In this document: positions 8,007 to 17,116 of the stretch, piece by piece | How positions within the stretch are numbered: the stretch's first letter is position 1 | Layout: the number at the start of each line of letters is the position of its first letter | Source of the DNA: Candidatus Saccharimonadota bacterium | GTDB taxonomy: Bacteria > Patescibacteriota > Gracilibacteria > UBA1369 > 2-02-FULL-48-14 | Assembly (NCBI GenBank): GCA_965230905.1 | Contig: OZ246396.1 | Span: 450,001 to 482,000, forward strand | DNA length: 32,000 nucleotides | Direction of reading: 5' to 3' | The notes under the pieces: generated by a model | The model's input: only the letters and a program-made list of their open reading frames with translations | What the model was told of the DNA's origin: nothing | The model's database searches: none | Translations under genes and position numbers: made by a program

Positions 8007-8495
8007 ATGGAAATTTCACCGCCAGGACACAAGACGCTGGATGATAAGGTTAGTTTCAGTTTGAACGGCATGAGGCAAACTAAGCAAAAATTGACTTTGT
8101 TCAATAACGGCGGACGCATAGCAACCATTGCTTATTTTAATGAAGCGCTTTTAATGCGGCGTGGAGATACACTTCAGGTTTTAGCTCAAAACAAAAACTA
8201 TATTATTCCAGAGGGAAATGGTCTAACCATAAGTGTGGAGACGGGGCGTATTCGTTTTATAGTTCGTAAGGCTGGCACTAGCACGTATGATACCGATGCG
8301 TTCAATAAACAGGATGAGAAAAATTGGGCTCGCATACAAGGTAAAAAAAGCGCGAACATTGCAACGAGTCGTTCGAACACCGGTCTACGCGTGGCCGTGG
8401 TGCTTGGTCTAGCCGCTGCAGCGGCTGCCACGACGGTAGCCTTTGACGGGTGTCCCGCTCAATTGGATGATCAGTACGCGGCTTCCGGAGAGTAG
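8007..8495 (+). CDS. Hypothetical tail-anchored protein, paralog 2 (162 aa)
   Basis: Same architecture as the preceding gene, with C-terminal helix VAVVLGLAAAAAATTVAF. It shares the local motifs IATIAYFN and LMRRGD and has a near-identical start context. Its 3' end overlaps the dnaB 3' end by 25 nt. Confidence 0.55.
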   Translation: MEISPPGHKTLDDKVSFSLNGMRQTKQKLTLFNNGGRIATIAYFNEALLMRRGDTLQVLAQNKNYIIPEGNGLTISVETGRIRFIVRKAGTSTYDTDAFNKQDEKNWARIQGKKSANIATSRSNTGLRVAVVLGLAAAAAATTVAFDGCPAQLDDQYAASGE

Positions 8496-9847
8496 GCGCC
8501 TTCCAAGGTGTGCTTGCGGTCGACATCAAAGAAGCGCATTTGTTCTTTTTTGAACAAGAGTTCGGCGCGGCCCACCATTCCGTGACGGTGTTTGCGCACG
8601 TAAATATCGGTCATTCCCTGACGGTCGGTGTCTTCTTCGTAATAATCTTCGCGGTACATCATCAGCACCACATCGGCATCTTGCTCAATAGCTCCAGATT
8701 CACGCAGGTCGGAGAGCTGAGGAATTTTGACGGGGCGTTGTTCCACGGCACGTGAAAGCTGGGACAGCGCCATGATCGGAATATGGAGTTCACGCGCGAG
8801 CTGTTTGAGCGACCGGGAGATTTCGGAAATTTCCTGCACACGGTTGGTGATGGACGTGGAGCCTTTTCCAATGGACATGAGCTGGAGGTAATCCACAATC
8901 AAAATGTCCAGACCGTGTTCCATTTGCAGGCGGCGGGCCTTGGCGCGGAGTTCCGCGATGGAAGCACCCGGCGAATCGTCGATAAAAATGCGGCAGTTGT
9001 TGAGCTGATCCATAACCTGGCCCATGCGCATAAAATCGTCCTGCGTGAGCTGCCCGGTGCGCATCTTCCAGCTGTCCACCGCGAGCATAGAAACGAACAA
9101 ACGTTCCACCAGCTGCTCCTTGGACATTTCCAGGGAAATGACTCCCACGGTTTTTCCTTTGAGCGCGATGTTGAGCCCCATGTTGAGGGCGAAGGCGGTC
9201 TTTCCCATGGAAGGACGAGCGGCGAGAATAATGAGATCGGAGGCTTGGAGGCCGGTGAGAATGTGATCCACGGAGTTGAATCCGGTGGAGAGTCCTTTGT
9301 ATTTTTCAGCGGCTTCCGGGTCGTGCAGATCGGAGATTTTTTCGTAAGTGCCGGCGAGAATATCTTTAATGTGCACGAAGCGGTTTTTCAAAAAGGTCTG
9401 AGAAACCTTGAAGAGTTCCTGCTCGGCCTGGTCCACGAGTTCGTCCACGTCTTCTTCTTCTTTGTACCCGAGGCCGGCGATGTTGCTTCCGGACGTGATG
9501 AGTTTTCGCAGAGTCGATTTGGACTTCACAATGGTCGCGTACTGGTACACGTGCGAGGCGGTGAGCACTTCATTGCAGAGTTCTTCGAGGTAGGTTTGCC
9601 CGCCCACTTCTTCCAATTTACTGTTGTCTTTGAGCCAGGTGCGCACGGTGAGTAGATCGATGGGCGAGCGTTTGGTGAAGAGCTCGAGCATGCCGGCGTA
9701 AATGATGCCGTGCACGTCGTAATAAAAATCTTCCGAAGCCAGCAGATCCGCGATTTTAAGGATGGCATTTTTTTCCACCATAACGCTACCGAGAACAGAT
9801 TTCTCGGCTTCTAAACTGTGTGGCGGAATGCGTAGATCGTCGGGCAT
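8471..9847 (-). CDS. dnaB: Replicative DNA helicase DnaB
   Basis: PPHSLEAEKSVLGSVM N-terminal motif, Walker A ARPSMGKTAFAL, LIVDYLQLM, SQLSRAVEQR. Start moved to the ATG at 9847 because the track start at 9886 is a TTG. Confidence 0.93.
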   Translation of the reverse strand: MPDDLRIPPHSLEAEKSVLGSVMVEKNAILKIADLLASEDFYYDVHGIIYAGMLELFTKRSPIDLLTVRTWLKDNSKLEEVGGQTYLEELCNEVLTASHVYQYATIVKSKSTLRKLITSGSNIAGLGYKEEEDVDELVDQAEQELFKVSQTFLKNRFVHIKDILAGTYEKISDLHDPEAAEKYKGLSTGFNSVDHILTGLQASDLIILAARPSMGKTAFALNMGLNIALKGKTVGVISLEMSKEQLVERLFVSMLAVDSWKMRTGQLTQDDFMRMGQVMDQLNNCRIFIDDSPGASIAELRAKARRLQMEHGLDILIVDYLQLMSIGKGSTSITNRVQEISEISRSLKQLARELHIPIMALSQLSRAVEQRPVKIPQLSDLRESGAIEQDADVVLMMYREDYYEEDTDRQGMTDIYVRKHRHGMVGRAELLFKKEQMRFFDVDRKHTLEGAYSPEAAY

Positions 9848-9965
9848 AAAAGCGCTGAAGGTTGAGGGGAACTCAGTTTCGCACAATTAGAATTTCGCAG
9901 CAAGGCTTGATATTGTGTTGTGCCTGAGGCTAAAAGGCGGTAAAAAGAAAAACATAATATTATTT

Positions 9966-10289
9966 ATGAATGAGTGTGAAAATACTGATGCCGATGGCGT
10001 GACTGAAGAATCTGCCTCTCTAGTCGTGGAAAACGGCCTCAGTGGAGAAGCCCTTCAAGCTCTTAAAGATGCTCTTGTAAGGGCGGGTTTAACAGATAGT
10101 CCCGTGCACCGTGACGTGATCGTGCAAGCGTATGGCTTTGCTTGTAACGCCACTCCTAGCACCATGATTAAATCGGGTTTTGCCCCAGAGTATCTTCAGC
10201 GCTTTGCAGAAGCAGTTGATGCAGGGAGCCCCCTAAAGGAATATGCGGGTGATATGTTCGTATGGGCGCAGCTCCAAAATGGAAATTGA
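9966..10289 (+). CDS. Hypothetical acidic protein (107 aa)
   Basis: ATG at 9966 inside track ORF 9915..10289, whose own start is GTG. It is on the same strand as yraN-comM and 27 nt upstream of them. No family recognised. Confidence 0.45.
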   Translation: MNECENTDADGVTEESASLVVENGLSGEALQALKDALVRAGLTDSPVHRDVIVQAYGFACNATPSTMIKSGFAPEYLQRFAEAVDAGSPLKEYAGDMFVWAQLQNGN

Positions 10290-10316
10290 GAGAGGGGTGG
10301 GGTGTAAAATAGAGCC

Positions 10317-10661
10317 ATGCAAAACTTTGGCTCGGAAATGGAAGGGGTGGCGGCGCAGTATTTGGAAAGCGTGCACGGATGGCGTTTATTAGAGAAGAAC
10401 GTGCGGTTTCGCGAGGGGGAAATTGATTTGATAATGGTGGCGGGGAATGAGCTGCGATTTGTGGAAGTGAAGGCGCGCCGGAATGAAAATTTTGGGGGTG
10501 TTGTTGAAAGTGTAACAACGCTAAAAATTCAGCGGCTGCGGCGAGCGATTTACAGATGGCGGGAGCGGTCCGGGGACCGTCGAATTGGCGCGATTTTTTT
10601 TGTCGGAATTTTGGCGAAGCCGAATAGTGCGCTCACAATAGAGGAACATTTCATCGAATAA
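10317..10661 (+). CDS. yraN: YraN-family (UPF0102) endonuclease-like protein
   Basis: GVAAQYLESVHGWRLLEKNVRFREGEIDLIM...LRFVEVKAR is the YraN pattern. It is followed by comM/yifB after 2 nt, which is a conserved pairing. Confidence 0.8.
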   Translation: MQNFGSEMEGVAAQYLESVHGWRLLEKNVRFREGEIDLIMVAGNELRFVEVKARRNENFGGVVESVTTLKIQRLRRAIYRWRERSGDRRIGAIFFVGILAKPNSALTIEEHFIE

Positions 10662-10663
10662 CT

Positions 10664-12148
10664 ATGTCTGTTTCCTTTCCGTCCTATTGTTTGCAAGGCC
10701 TCACCGCCATTCCGGTTCAAGTTGAAGTTGGCGTGAGCCCGGGCATGCCGATTTTTTCCATTATTGGGATGGCCGGCACCAGTGTGCAGGAGTCCAAAGA
10801 TCGGGTGCGCAGCGCCATTACCAGCAGCGGGTTTTCTTTTCCGCTCACGCGCAAAGTGGTGAATTTGGCGCCGGCCGAAGTGATTAAGCACGGCAGCCAT
10901 TTTGATTTGCCGATGGCCATTGGATTTTTATTGGCAAGTGGACAGCTGAGCGAGGCCGAGGGTTGGATGCTGGGGGAGCTTGGTCTGAATGGCGTTTTGC
11001 GTCCCGTGAGCGGGCTGGTACCGGCCCTTTTGCTGGCTCGTGAAAACGGCGTGAAGGAAGTGGTTTTGCCCGAAGAAAATTTGGCGGAAGCCGGGCTGGT
11101 GGAAGGGCTGACGTATTACGGGGCGCGCAATTTGCGTGATGTGGTGGGACATTTTTGTGGGCAAAAGTTGCTCCCGTGGGAAGACCGCTATGACTGGCAG
11201 GCACTGGCGGCGAGCGTGGACTTTGCCGATATTTCTGGGCAAACGGCGGCCAAGCGAGCGCTCTTGGTTGCGGCGGCGGGAGGACACCATGTGCTAATGA
11301 GCGGGCCTCCGGGCAGTGGTAAAAGTTTGCTCGGCGAGGCGTTCCGTTCCATTTTGCCGCCGCTGTCTAAAGATGAGCTCTTGGATGTGCTGCGCATTCA
11401 TTCGGTGGCCGGACGAAACATGCAGCACCTGTCGCTGAACCGCCCGTTTCGCATGGTGCACAGCCGGGCGAGCCGACACAGTTTGCTGGGCGGCGGCGCG
11501 GATTTGGCTCCGGGTGAAATAAGTTTGGCGCACCGCGGCGTGCTGTTTATGGATGAGTTCCCGGAGTTTGAGCGCGAGGCGCTGGAGAGTTTGAGGGAAC
11601 CGCTGGAGGCCAAGGAGCTGAGCATGCGGGTGGGGAAGCGCAGCAGTGTTTTCCCATGCCAGTTCCAGCTGATTGCCACCATGAATCCGTGCCCGTGTGG
11701 TTATTACGGCGACCGCGAAAAACCGTGCACGTGCACGGCCGCGCAAGTGGCTCGCTATCAAAATAAAGTTTCCGGGCCGCTGCTGGACCGCATCGATTTG
11801 CATATAAATGTGCCGCGCCTCCCGTACGAGGAATTTAAACTCAGTGCATTGGAAAGTTCGGCGAGCCTGCAGGGGCGCGTGATGGAGGCGCGCGAGCGGC
11901 AGCGAGCGCGATTGTCTCCGCATGGCCTGTGCACTAATCAGGAAATGACCGCGAAATTGCTGAAAGGCGAGCGGCTGGATTTAAAAACGGAAGAACTTTT
12001 GAAGAGCGCCACCAAGCACCATTCGCTTTCCGGGCGGGCGCTGCACCGAATCATAAAAGTAGCCCGAACCATCGCTGACTTGGATGCCAAGGAGCATATA
12101 GAATCGGGCCACCTCATGGAGGCGCTTCAGTACCGCGTGAAGGCTTGA
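10664..12148 (+). CDS. comM: YifB/ComM-family Mg-chelatase-like AAA+ ATPase
   Basis: N-terminal Lon-like domain (HFDLPMAIG), Walker A GPPGSGKS, Walker B LFMDEFPEF, Cys cluster CPCGYYGDREKPCTC. Confidence 0.9.
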   Translation: MSVSFPSYCLQGLTAIPVQVEVGVSPGMPIFSIIGMAGTSVQESKDRVRSAITSSGFSFPLTRKVVNLAPAEVIKHGSHFDLPMAIGFLLASGQLSEAEGWMLGELGLNGVLRPVSGLVPALLLARENGVKEVVLPEENLAEAGLVEGLTYYGARNLRDVVGHFCGQKLLPWEDRYDWQALAASVDFADISGQTAAKRALLVAAAGGHHVLMSGPPGSGKSLLGEAFRSILPPLSKDELLDVLRIHSVAGRNMQHLSLNRPFRMVHSRASRHSLLGGGADLAPGEISLAHRGVLFMDEFPEFEREALESLREPLEAKELSMRVGKRSSVFPCQFQLIATMNPCPCGYYGDREKPCTCTAAQVARYQNKVSGPLLDRIDLHINVPRLPYEEFKLSALESSASLQGRVMEARERQRARLSPHGLCTNQEMTAKLLKGERLDLKTEELLKSATKHHSLSGRALHRIIKVARTIADLDAKEHIESGHLMEALQYRVKA

Positions 12149-12149
12149 A

Positions 12150-12767
12150 TTACTGATTCGCTGCCTCAAAATTCTTCAGAGCTTCGTTGGCCTCCCAGTT
12201 CATAGAGTTGTCGGCCGTGGGATCCTGAGTCACTTCAAATGTGGAAAGGAAAATATCAAAGAGTTCGGGGCTCACATAGTTGTCGGCACGGTAGGCTCCT
12301 TCACTGCCGTAGAACAGCACCATATCGTATTCAATATTTTCTTCATTGCTGGTGAAGAAATGTCCGGTGGTATTGCCCACGGTAGTTTCGCCTCCATCGG
12401 TCCATTCACTCTGAGTCTGGAAGGCACTTAGTTCGGCTTCAAAAACTTCCTGTGGAGTAGCTGGAACCAGAGTGCCTATATTACAATTCAAGTCTTCGGC
12501 TGGGCATTTTTGGAGCACAAAGCTGGTGATATTGAAGTACGCAGCCTCACCATTTTCCCCAGTGACGAAACTTCGACTGAAACTATCGGTATCTCCACCT
12601 CCTGCATAGCTTAAAGTTTCTGGGAGTTTGAAACTGAGACCTTCACCTCCTTCGATGGAATAGGGCACGGTCCATAAAGAAGCGTCGAGCAGTTCGGAAC
12701 TTTGGCCTCCATTACAAGCAGAGAGAACGAGGGCGAGAGATATAAAGGTCGTGAGAAGTTTTTTCAT
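12150..12767 (-). CDS. Hypothetical lipoprotein (205 aa)
   Basis: MKKLLTTFISLALVLSAC is a signal peptide with lipobox LSAC. Start moved to the ATG at 12767. No family recognised. Confidence 0.65.
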   Translation of the reverse strand: MKKLLTTFISLALVLSACNGGQSSELLDASLWTVPYSIEGGEGLSFKLPETLSYAGGGDTDSFSRSFVTGENGEAAYFNITSFVLQKCPAEDLNCNIGTLVPATPQEVFEAELSAFQTQSEWTDGGETTVGNTTGHFFTSNEENIEYDMVLFYGSEGAYRADNYVSPELFDIFLSTFEVTQDPTADNSMNWEANEALKNFEAANQ

Positions 12768-12873
12768 AAAAATTTTAAGGGTTACACTCATAGAATGAGG
12801 TATTTAAGAAAATATTACAATATTCTTACAAAGATCTTGCGCCGAAGGCTGTAAATCGTTACATTTCACTCCG

Positions 12874-15800
12874 ATGAGCCCCAAAAAATCTAAGCTCAAT
12901 CTTCCTAAAAAAGTTCTGATCCTAGGATCGGGCGCTCTGAAGATTGGCGAGGCGGGTGAATTTGACTATAGCGGTTCCCAGGCTATTAAGGCCATGAAAG
13001 AGGAGGGGATTAAGGTGATTTTGATCAATCCAAACATTGCGACCAACCAGACCAGCGCTGGCCTCGCCGACGAGGTTTATTTTTTGCCGATCAAGCCGTA
13101 CTTTGTTGAAAAAGTGATGGCCAAGGAAAAGCCGGATGGAATTTTGCTGGCCTTTGGAGGACAAACCGCGCTGAACTGTGGAGTGGCACTTGAAGAAGAA
13201 GGCATTTTGAAGAAGCATAACGTGCGCGTGCTGGGAACTCCGGTGGCTTCCATTATTAAAACCGAAGACCGCGAAATCTTTAACAAAGAGTTGCAGAAAA
13301 TTTCTGTGGACGTGCCGCGCAGTTTTGCGTGCACCAATTTATCCAGCGCGCTGGATGCCGGACGAAACATTGGATTTCCACTTTTGATCCGCGCTGCGTT
13401 TGCACTCGGAGGGAAGGGAAGCGGATTTGTGCACAATGAACAAGAACTCATCGACAAAGTGAACCAAGCTTTTGCGTATTCACCACAGGTTTTGGTGGAA
13501 GAAAGTTTGAAGGGCTGGAAAGAAGTGGAATACGAAGTGGTGCGCGACGCTTATGACAACTGCATCACGGTGTGCAACATGGAAAATTTTGATCCGCTGG
13601 GAATTCATACCGGCGAAAGTATTGTGGTGGCACCTTCGCAAACTCTGAACAACACCGAATACCACATGCTCCGCGAGATTGGGATCAAGGTGATTCGGCA
13701 TTTGGGAATCGTGGGAGAATGCAATATTCAGTACGCGCTGGATCCTGAATCCAACCGCTACCGTGTGATTGAAGTGAACGCGCGACTCTCTCGTTCATCG
13801 GCTTTGGCGAGCAAGGCCACGGGGTATCCGCTGGCGTATGTGGCGGCAAAACTCGGGCTCGGGTACAGCTTGCCGGAACTGCGCAACGCGATTACGGGCG
13901 TGACCACCGCGTGCTTTGAACCGTCACTCGACTACATCGCACTCAAGATTCCTCGATGGGATTTGGACAAATTCCGCAAAGTGGATCACCAAATTTCCAG
14001 CGAAATGAAATCCGTTGGGGAGATTATGGCGCTGGGCCGCAGCTTTGAAGAAGTGGTGCAAAAGGGACTGCGCATGCTGCAAATCGGGATGATCGGACTC
14101 ACGGAAAATGAACGTCTCAATATTAATACTGAGAACTTGAAACAAGCGATTTCGCACCCTACACCCAAACGTATTTTTGCCCTGGCGGAAGCGCTGCGCG
14201 ATGGATGGGAGATTGAAGAAATTCACAAACTTTCCGGCATCGATCCATGGTTCCTGGGCAAACTGAAAAACATCGTGGACATGAGCAAGCAGCTGGAAAC
14301 GGGCGATTTGGATGAAGACCTCATGCGCAGCGCGAAAAAATACGGATTCTCCGATAAGCAAATTGGAATCATACGCGGCAAAGAAGAAATGGAAATTCGC
14401 GCGCTGCGCAAAAAACTCAAGGTGCTGCCGGTGGTGAAACAAATCGATACCCTCGCGGCGGAGTATCCTGCAAAGACAAATTATTTGTACGTGACTTACC
14501 ATGGAACCAAAAATGATGTGGAATTTGGTGGACGTGGAAAAAGGGCGATTGTGCTGGGAAGCGGGGCCTATTGTATTGGGTCTAGCGTGGAGTTCGACTG
14601 GTGCAGTGTGAACGCGGTGAAAACGCTGCAGAAGAACAAGTACGAGACCATCATGATCAACTACAATCCTGAGACCGTGTCTACGGACTACGATATGTGT
14701 GACAAACTTTACTTTGATGAACTTTCTTTGGAACGGGTGCTCGATATTTATGAACTCGAAAAGCCTGATGGCGTGGTGGTTTCTACCGGAGGGCAAACGC
14801 CAAATAACCTCGTGATGAAACTCGACCAAGCCGACGTGAAGATTTTTGGAACGAGCGCGCACAGCATCGACCAAGCCGAGAATCGTCACAAGTTCTCACA
14901 GATGCTCGATGTGCTGGAAGTGGATCAGCCAAAATGGAAAGAATTCGCGCAAGTGGAGGAAGCGGTTAAGTTCGCCGACGATGTGGGCTACCCCGTACTT
15001 GTGCGCCCTTCGTACGTGCTTTCTGGCGCGGCTATGGCCGTGGCGCAAAATGAAGAAACTTTGAAAGGCTACCTGGCGAAGGCCGTGAAAATTTCCAAGG
15101 AAGCGCCCGTGGTGATCACCAAATTTGAACTCGGGGCGAAGGAAATTGAAGTGGACGCCGTGGCGCAGGATGGGGAAGTGATGATCTACGCGATTGCGGA
15201 GCACGTGGAAAACGCCGGGGTGCACAGCGGAGACGCCACCATCGCGCTGCCTCCACAAAAGCTCTACATGGAAACCATTAAGCGCATCAAGACCATCACG
15301 AAAAAAATCGCGAAGCAGCTCAAGATCAGCGGGCCTTTCAACATCCAATATTTGGCCGTGAACAACGACATCAAAGTGATCGAGTGTAACTTGCGCAGCA
15401 GCCGAAGTTTCCCGTTCAGCTCCAAAGTCACCGGTTACAACTTCATTGAAATCGCGGTGGAGTCCATGCTCGGCATTGCCAAGAAACGCGATTACAAGAC
15501 TCTGGACCTCGACTACGTGGGCGTGAAGGCGCCGCAGTTCTCTTTCTCACGGCTCAAGGGCGCGGACCCCGTGCTGGGCGTGGAAATGGCGTCGACCGGA
15601 GAAGTGGGCTGTTTTGGAGACGATCTACACGAAGCTTTCTTCAAGGCCATGCTTTCCACCGGCTTTGAAATCCCTAAGAAAAATGTGCTGATTTCCATTG
15701 GAAAAATCGAAGACAAGGCGGACTTTTTGCCCGCCGCCCGCAAACTGGATGCCATGGGCTACAAGCTCTACGCAACGCCCGGTACCGCTGAAGTGCTCAG

Positions 15801-16080
15801 CGCCGGCGGGCTCACCATAACCGTGGTGCACAAAATGGACAGCGACCTCCACCCCAACTGCGCCGAGATCATTAAGAAAGACAAAGTGGACTGGGTGATC
15901 AACGTGCCCCGCAACTATTCACACGAAGAAACCACCGTGGGTTACGCCATCCGCCGTTACACCATCGACAACAACATTCCGCTGACCATAGACCTCAAAG
16001 TGGCCAAGCTCATGGTGGACACCATGGAACGCTACACCATCGACGACTTGGCTATTGAGCCGTGGAGTCATTATGTTTAA
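12874..16080 (+). CDS. carB: Carbamoyl-phosphate synthase large subunit
   Basis: 1068 aa. N-terminus KKVLILGSGALKIGEAGEFDYSGSQA, two ATP-grasp halves (second begins RAIVLGSGAYCIGSSVEFDWC), C-terminal MGS-like domain. Confidence 0.95.
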   Translation: MSPKKSKLNLPKKVLILGSGALKIGEAGEFDYSGSQAIKAMKEEGIKVILINPNIATNQTSAGLADEVYFLPIKPYFVEKVMAKEKPDGILLAFGGQTALNCGVALEEEGILKKHNVRVLGTPVASIIKTEDREIFNKELQKISVDVPRSFACTNLSSALDAGRNIGFPLLIRAAFALGGKGSGFVHNEQELIDKVNQAFAYSPQVLVEESLKGWKEVEYEVVRDAYDNCITVCNMENFDPLGIHTGESIVVAPSQTLNNTEYHMLREIGIKVIRHLGIVGECNIQYALDPESNRYRVIEVNARLSRSSALASKATGYPLAYVAAKLGLGYSLPELRNAITGVTTACFEPSLDYIALKIPRWDLDKFRKVDHQISSEMKSVGEIMALGRSFEEVVQKGLRMLQIGMIGLTENERLNINTENLKQAISHPTPKRIFALAEALRDGWEIEEIHKLSGIDPWFLGKLKNIVDMSKQLETGDLDEDLMRSAKKYGFSDKQIGIIRGKEEMEIRALRKKLKVLPVVKQIDTLAAEYPAKTNYLYVTYHGTKNDVEFGGRGKRAIVLGSGAYCIGSSVEFDWCSVNAVKTLQKNKYETIMINYNPETVSTDYDMCDKLYFDELSLERVLDIYELEKPDGVVVSTGGQTPNNLVMKLDQADVKIFGTSAHSIDQAENRHKFSQMLDVLEVDQPKWKEFAQVEEAVKFADDVGYPVLVRPSYVLSGAAMAVAQNEETLKGYLAKAVKISKEAPVVITKFELGAKEIEVDAVAQDGEVMIYAIAEHVENAGVHSGDATIALPPQKLYMETIKRIKTITKKIAKQLKISGPFNIQYLAVNNDIKVIECNLRSSRSFPFSSKVTGYNFIEIAVESMLGIAKKRDYKTLDLDYVGVKAPQFSFSRLKGADPVLGVEMASTGEVGCFGDDLHEAFFKAMLSTGFEIPKKNVLISIGKIEDKADFLPAARKLDAMGYKLYATPGTAEVLSAGGLTITVVHKMDSDLHPNCAEIIKKDKVDWVINVPRNYSHEETTVGYAIRRYTIDNNIPLTIDLKVAKLMVDTMERYTIDDLAIEPWSHYV

Positions 16081-16673
16081 GCTTTTCTGGAACGCGCATA
16101 AAGCCTGGATAATAGTTTTTGCGTGCGCACAGGAAATCGCCGTGAAAGATCGAGGAGTTTTTCAAAAGAGAGCGCTTCCAAATTGATCTTTTTTAAGTCG
16201 ACGTAATAGCGCCCCAGTGAGTAGAGATACAGCAAGTCCAGCAGCGCTTTTTCGGGTGTGGCGATGGTTATTCCGCTGGGGTCCGCCTGATAGGAGAAAA
16301 AAAGTTTTTTGGGCAGCTTGTGGTATTTCCACGTGAGGTGTCCCACTTGTTTTTCCAGGCTGCGGGTGAAGCTCACGGCTTCGATGTGGTGGGGAAGTCC
16401 GGGGAGCACGCGGGCCTCCGCGAGCGCGGTGGTGAATGAAAGATACGTGTTTTCTTGAATGAGTCCGCTGAGGCGGAGAAGGTCCGCGCGGTCGAGGTGT
16501 AGGAAGACTTCTTTAAAAACATAGAGATCGCGTTTGATGCGGAGGAAGATTTTCTTCTTGGCGTAACGAGCGCAGAGGACCCGCGCGGAGTCGGCTTGGA
16601 TTTCGAGCACGGCTTGCACATCTTTGGTGCTGAAGAATTTTGGGAGAGCGGCGGCGAGCTTTAAAAAATGCAT
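16077..16673 (-). CDS. AbiEi-like (type IV TA antitoxin family) wHTH protein, apparently orphan
   Basis: N-terminal wHTH pattern FFSTKDVQAVLEI...ARYAKKKIFLRIKRDLYV, and C-terminal YLSFTTALAEARVLPG...ATPEKALLDLLYL, typical of AbiEi-family proteins. Start placed at the ATG at 16673. Its stop shares the palindrome TTAA with the carB stop. Confidence 0.55.
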   Translation of the reverse strand: MHFLKLAAALPKFFSTKDVQAVLEIQADSARVLCARYAKKKIFLRIKRDLYVFKEVFLHLDRADLLRLSGLIQENTYLSFTTALAEARVLPGLPHHIEAVSFTRSLEKQVGHLTWKYHKLPKKLFFSYQADPSGITIATPEKALLDLLYLYSLGRYYVDLKKINLEALSFEKLLDLSRRFPVRTQKLLSRLYARSRKA

Positions 16674-16802
16674 GGTGGAAGTATAACACAAGTCGCAGAA
16701 ACTCAAATATAGAAAGTTATCATTCCTATACCTTATCTATTTTTAAATTTGCCTTTTAGGGAGGGGTGGGCGTATAATTAATATGTTGTTGTTTTGAAAG
16801 TC

Positions 16803-16825
16803 GGCCGCTGAAAAGCGGTTTTTTT
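16803..16825 (+). terminator. Intrinsic terminator-like hairpin with a GAAA tetraloop
   Basis: CCGCT-gaaa-AGCGG (with two possible G-U extensions) followed by seven T (16819-16825). Confidence 0.6.
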
Positions 16826-16856
16826 GTGCCTATCTCTGGACATCCTGAGAAAATCT

Positions 16857-16884
16857 TTGACAATACTGTGAACTAGTTTATAAT
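16857..16884 (+). promoter_or_regulatory. Consensus sigma70-type promoter
   Basis: TTGACA (16857-16862), 16-nt spacer, TATAAT (16879-16884). Both hexamers are perfect. Confidence 0.6.
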
Positions 16885-16905
16885 TGCAACTATTCACCTC
16901 TAAAT

Positions 16906-17085
16906 ATGTTTGTGCAACCTTCACACGACTTCATAAAGCACGATGGCACCGAAGCCTCAGTAAAGCCTACGCTTGATGCGAAAGAATACGACAGTTTTGT
17001 CCAAGAAAATGGCCTAAAGCCTGCGGATTTTGCCCGTACTTCCGTAGCTGTTGACCAGACTTTAGCCCCTCGACCCCGAACCTAG
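16906..17085 (+). CDS. Unannotated 59-aa hydrophilic small ORF (alternatively a non-coding RNA)
   Basis: ATG at 16906, stop TAG at 17083-17085, translated by hand: MFVQPSHDFIKHDGTEASVKPTLDAKEYDSFVQENGLKPADFARTSVAVDQTLAPRPRT. It is one codon below the track cutoff. It is framed by the consensus promoter and a strong terminator. No SD and no family recognised. Confidence 0.4.
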   Translation: MFVQPSHDFIKHDGTEASVKPTLDAKEYDSFVQENGLKPADFARTSVAVDQTLAPRPRT

Positions 17086-17116
17086 TCTCGCGGGTTTGAC
17101 CATTTAAAATTAAAGC

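Noticed and set aside
7435-8495. Weak FHA-domain-like motif order in the two tail-anchored paralogs (for example LVTIER...DLMLP...IATVFF...SNNLTLNN).
   Set aside because: The key FHA residues (GR, SxxH, NG) are not actually present in the right combination. The resemblance is too loose to call without a profile search.
12806-12827. AT-rich imperfect palindrome AAGAAAATATTACAATATTCTT upstream of carB, considered as an ArgR or PyrR-type operator.
   Set aside because: The arms match only with a 2-nt offset. The sequence is low-complexity A/T, and it does not fit the ARG-box TGAAT-N4-ATTCA core. It is indistinguishable from ordinary promoter DNA.
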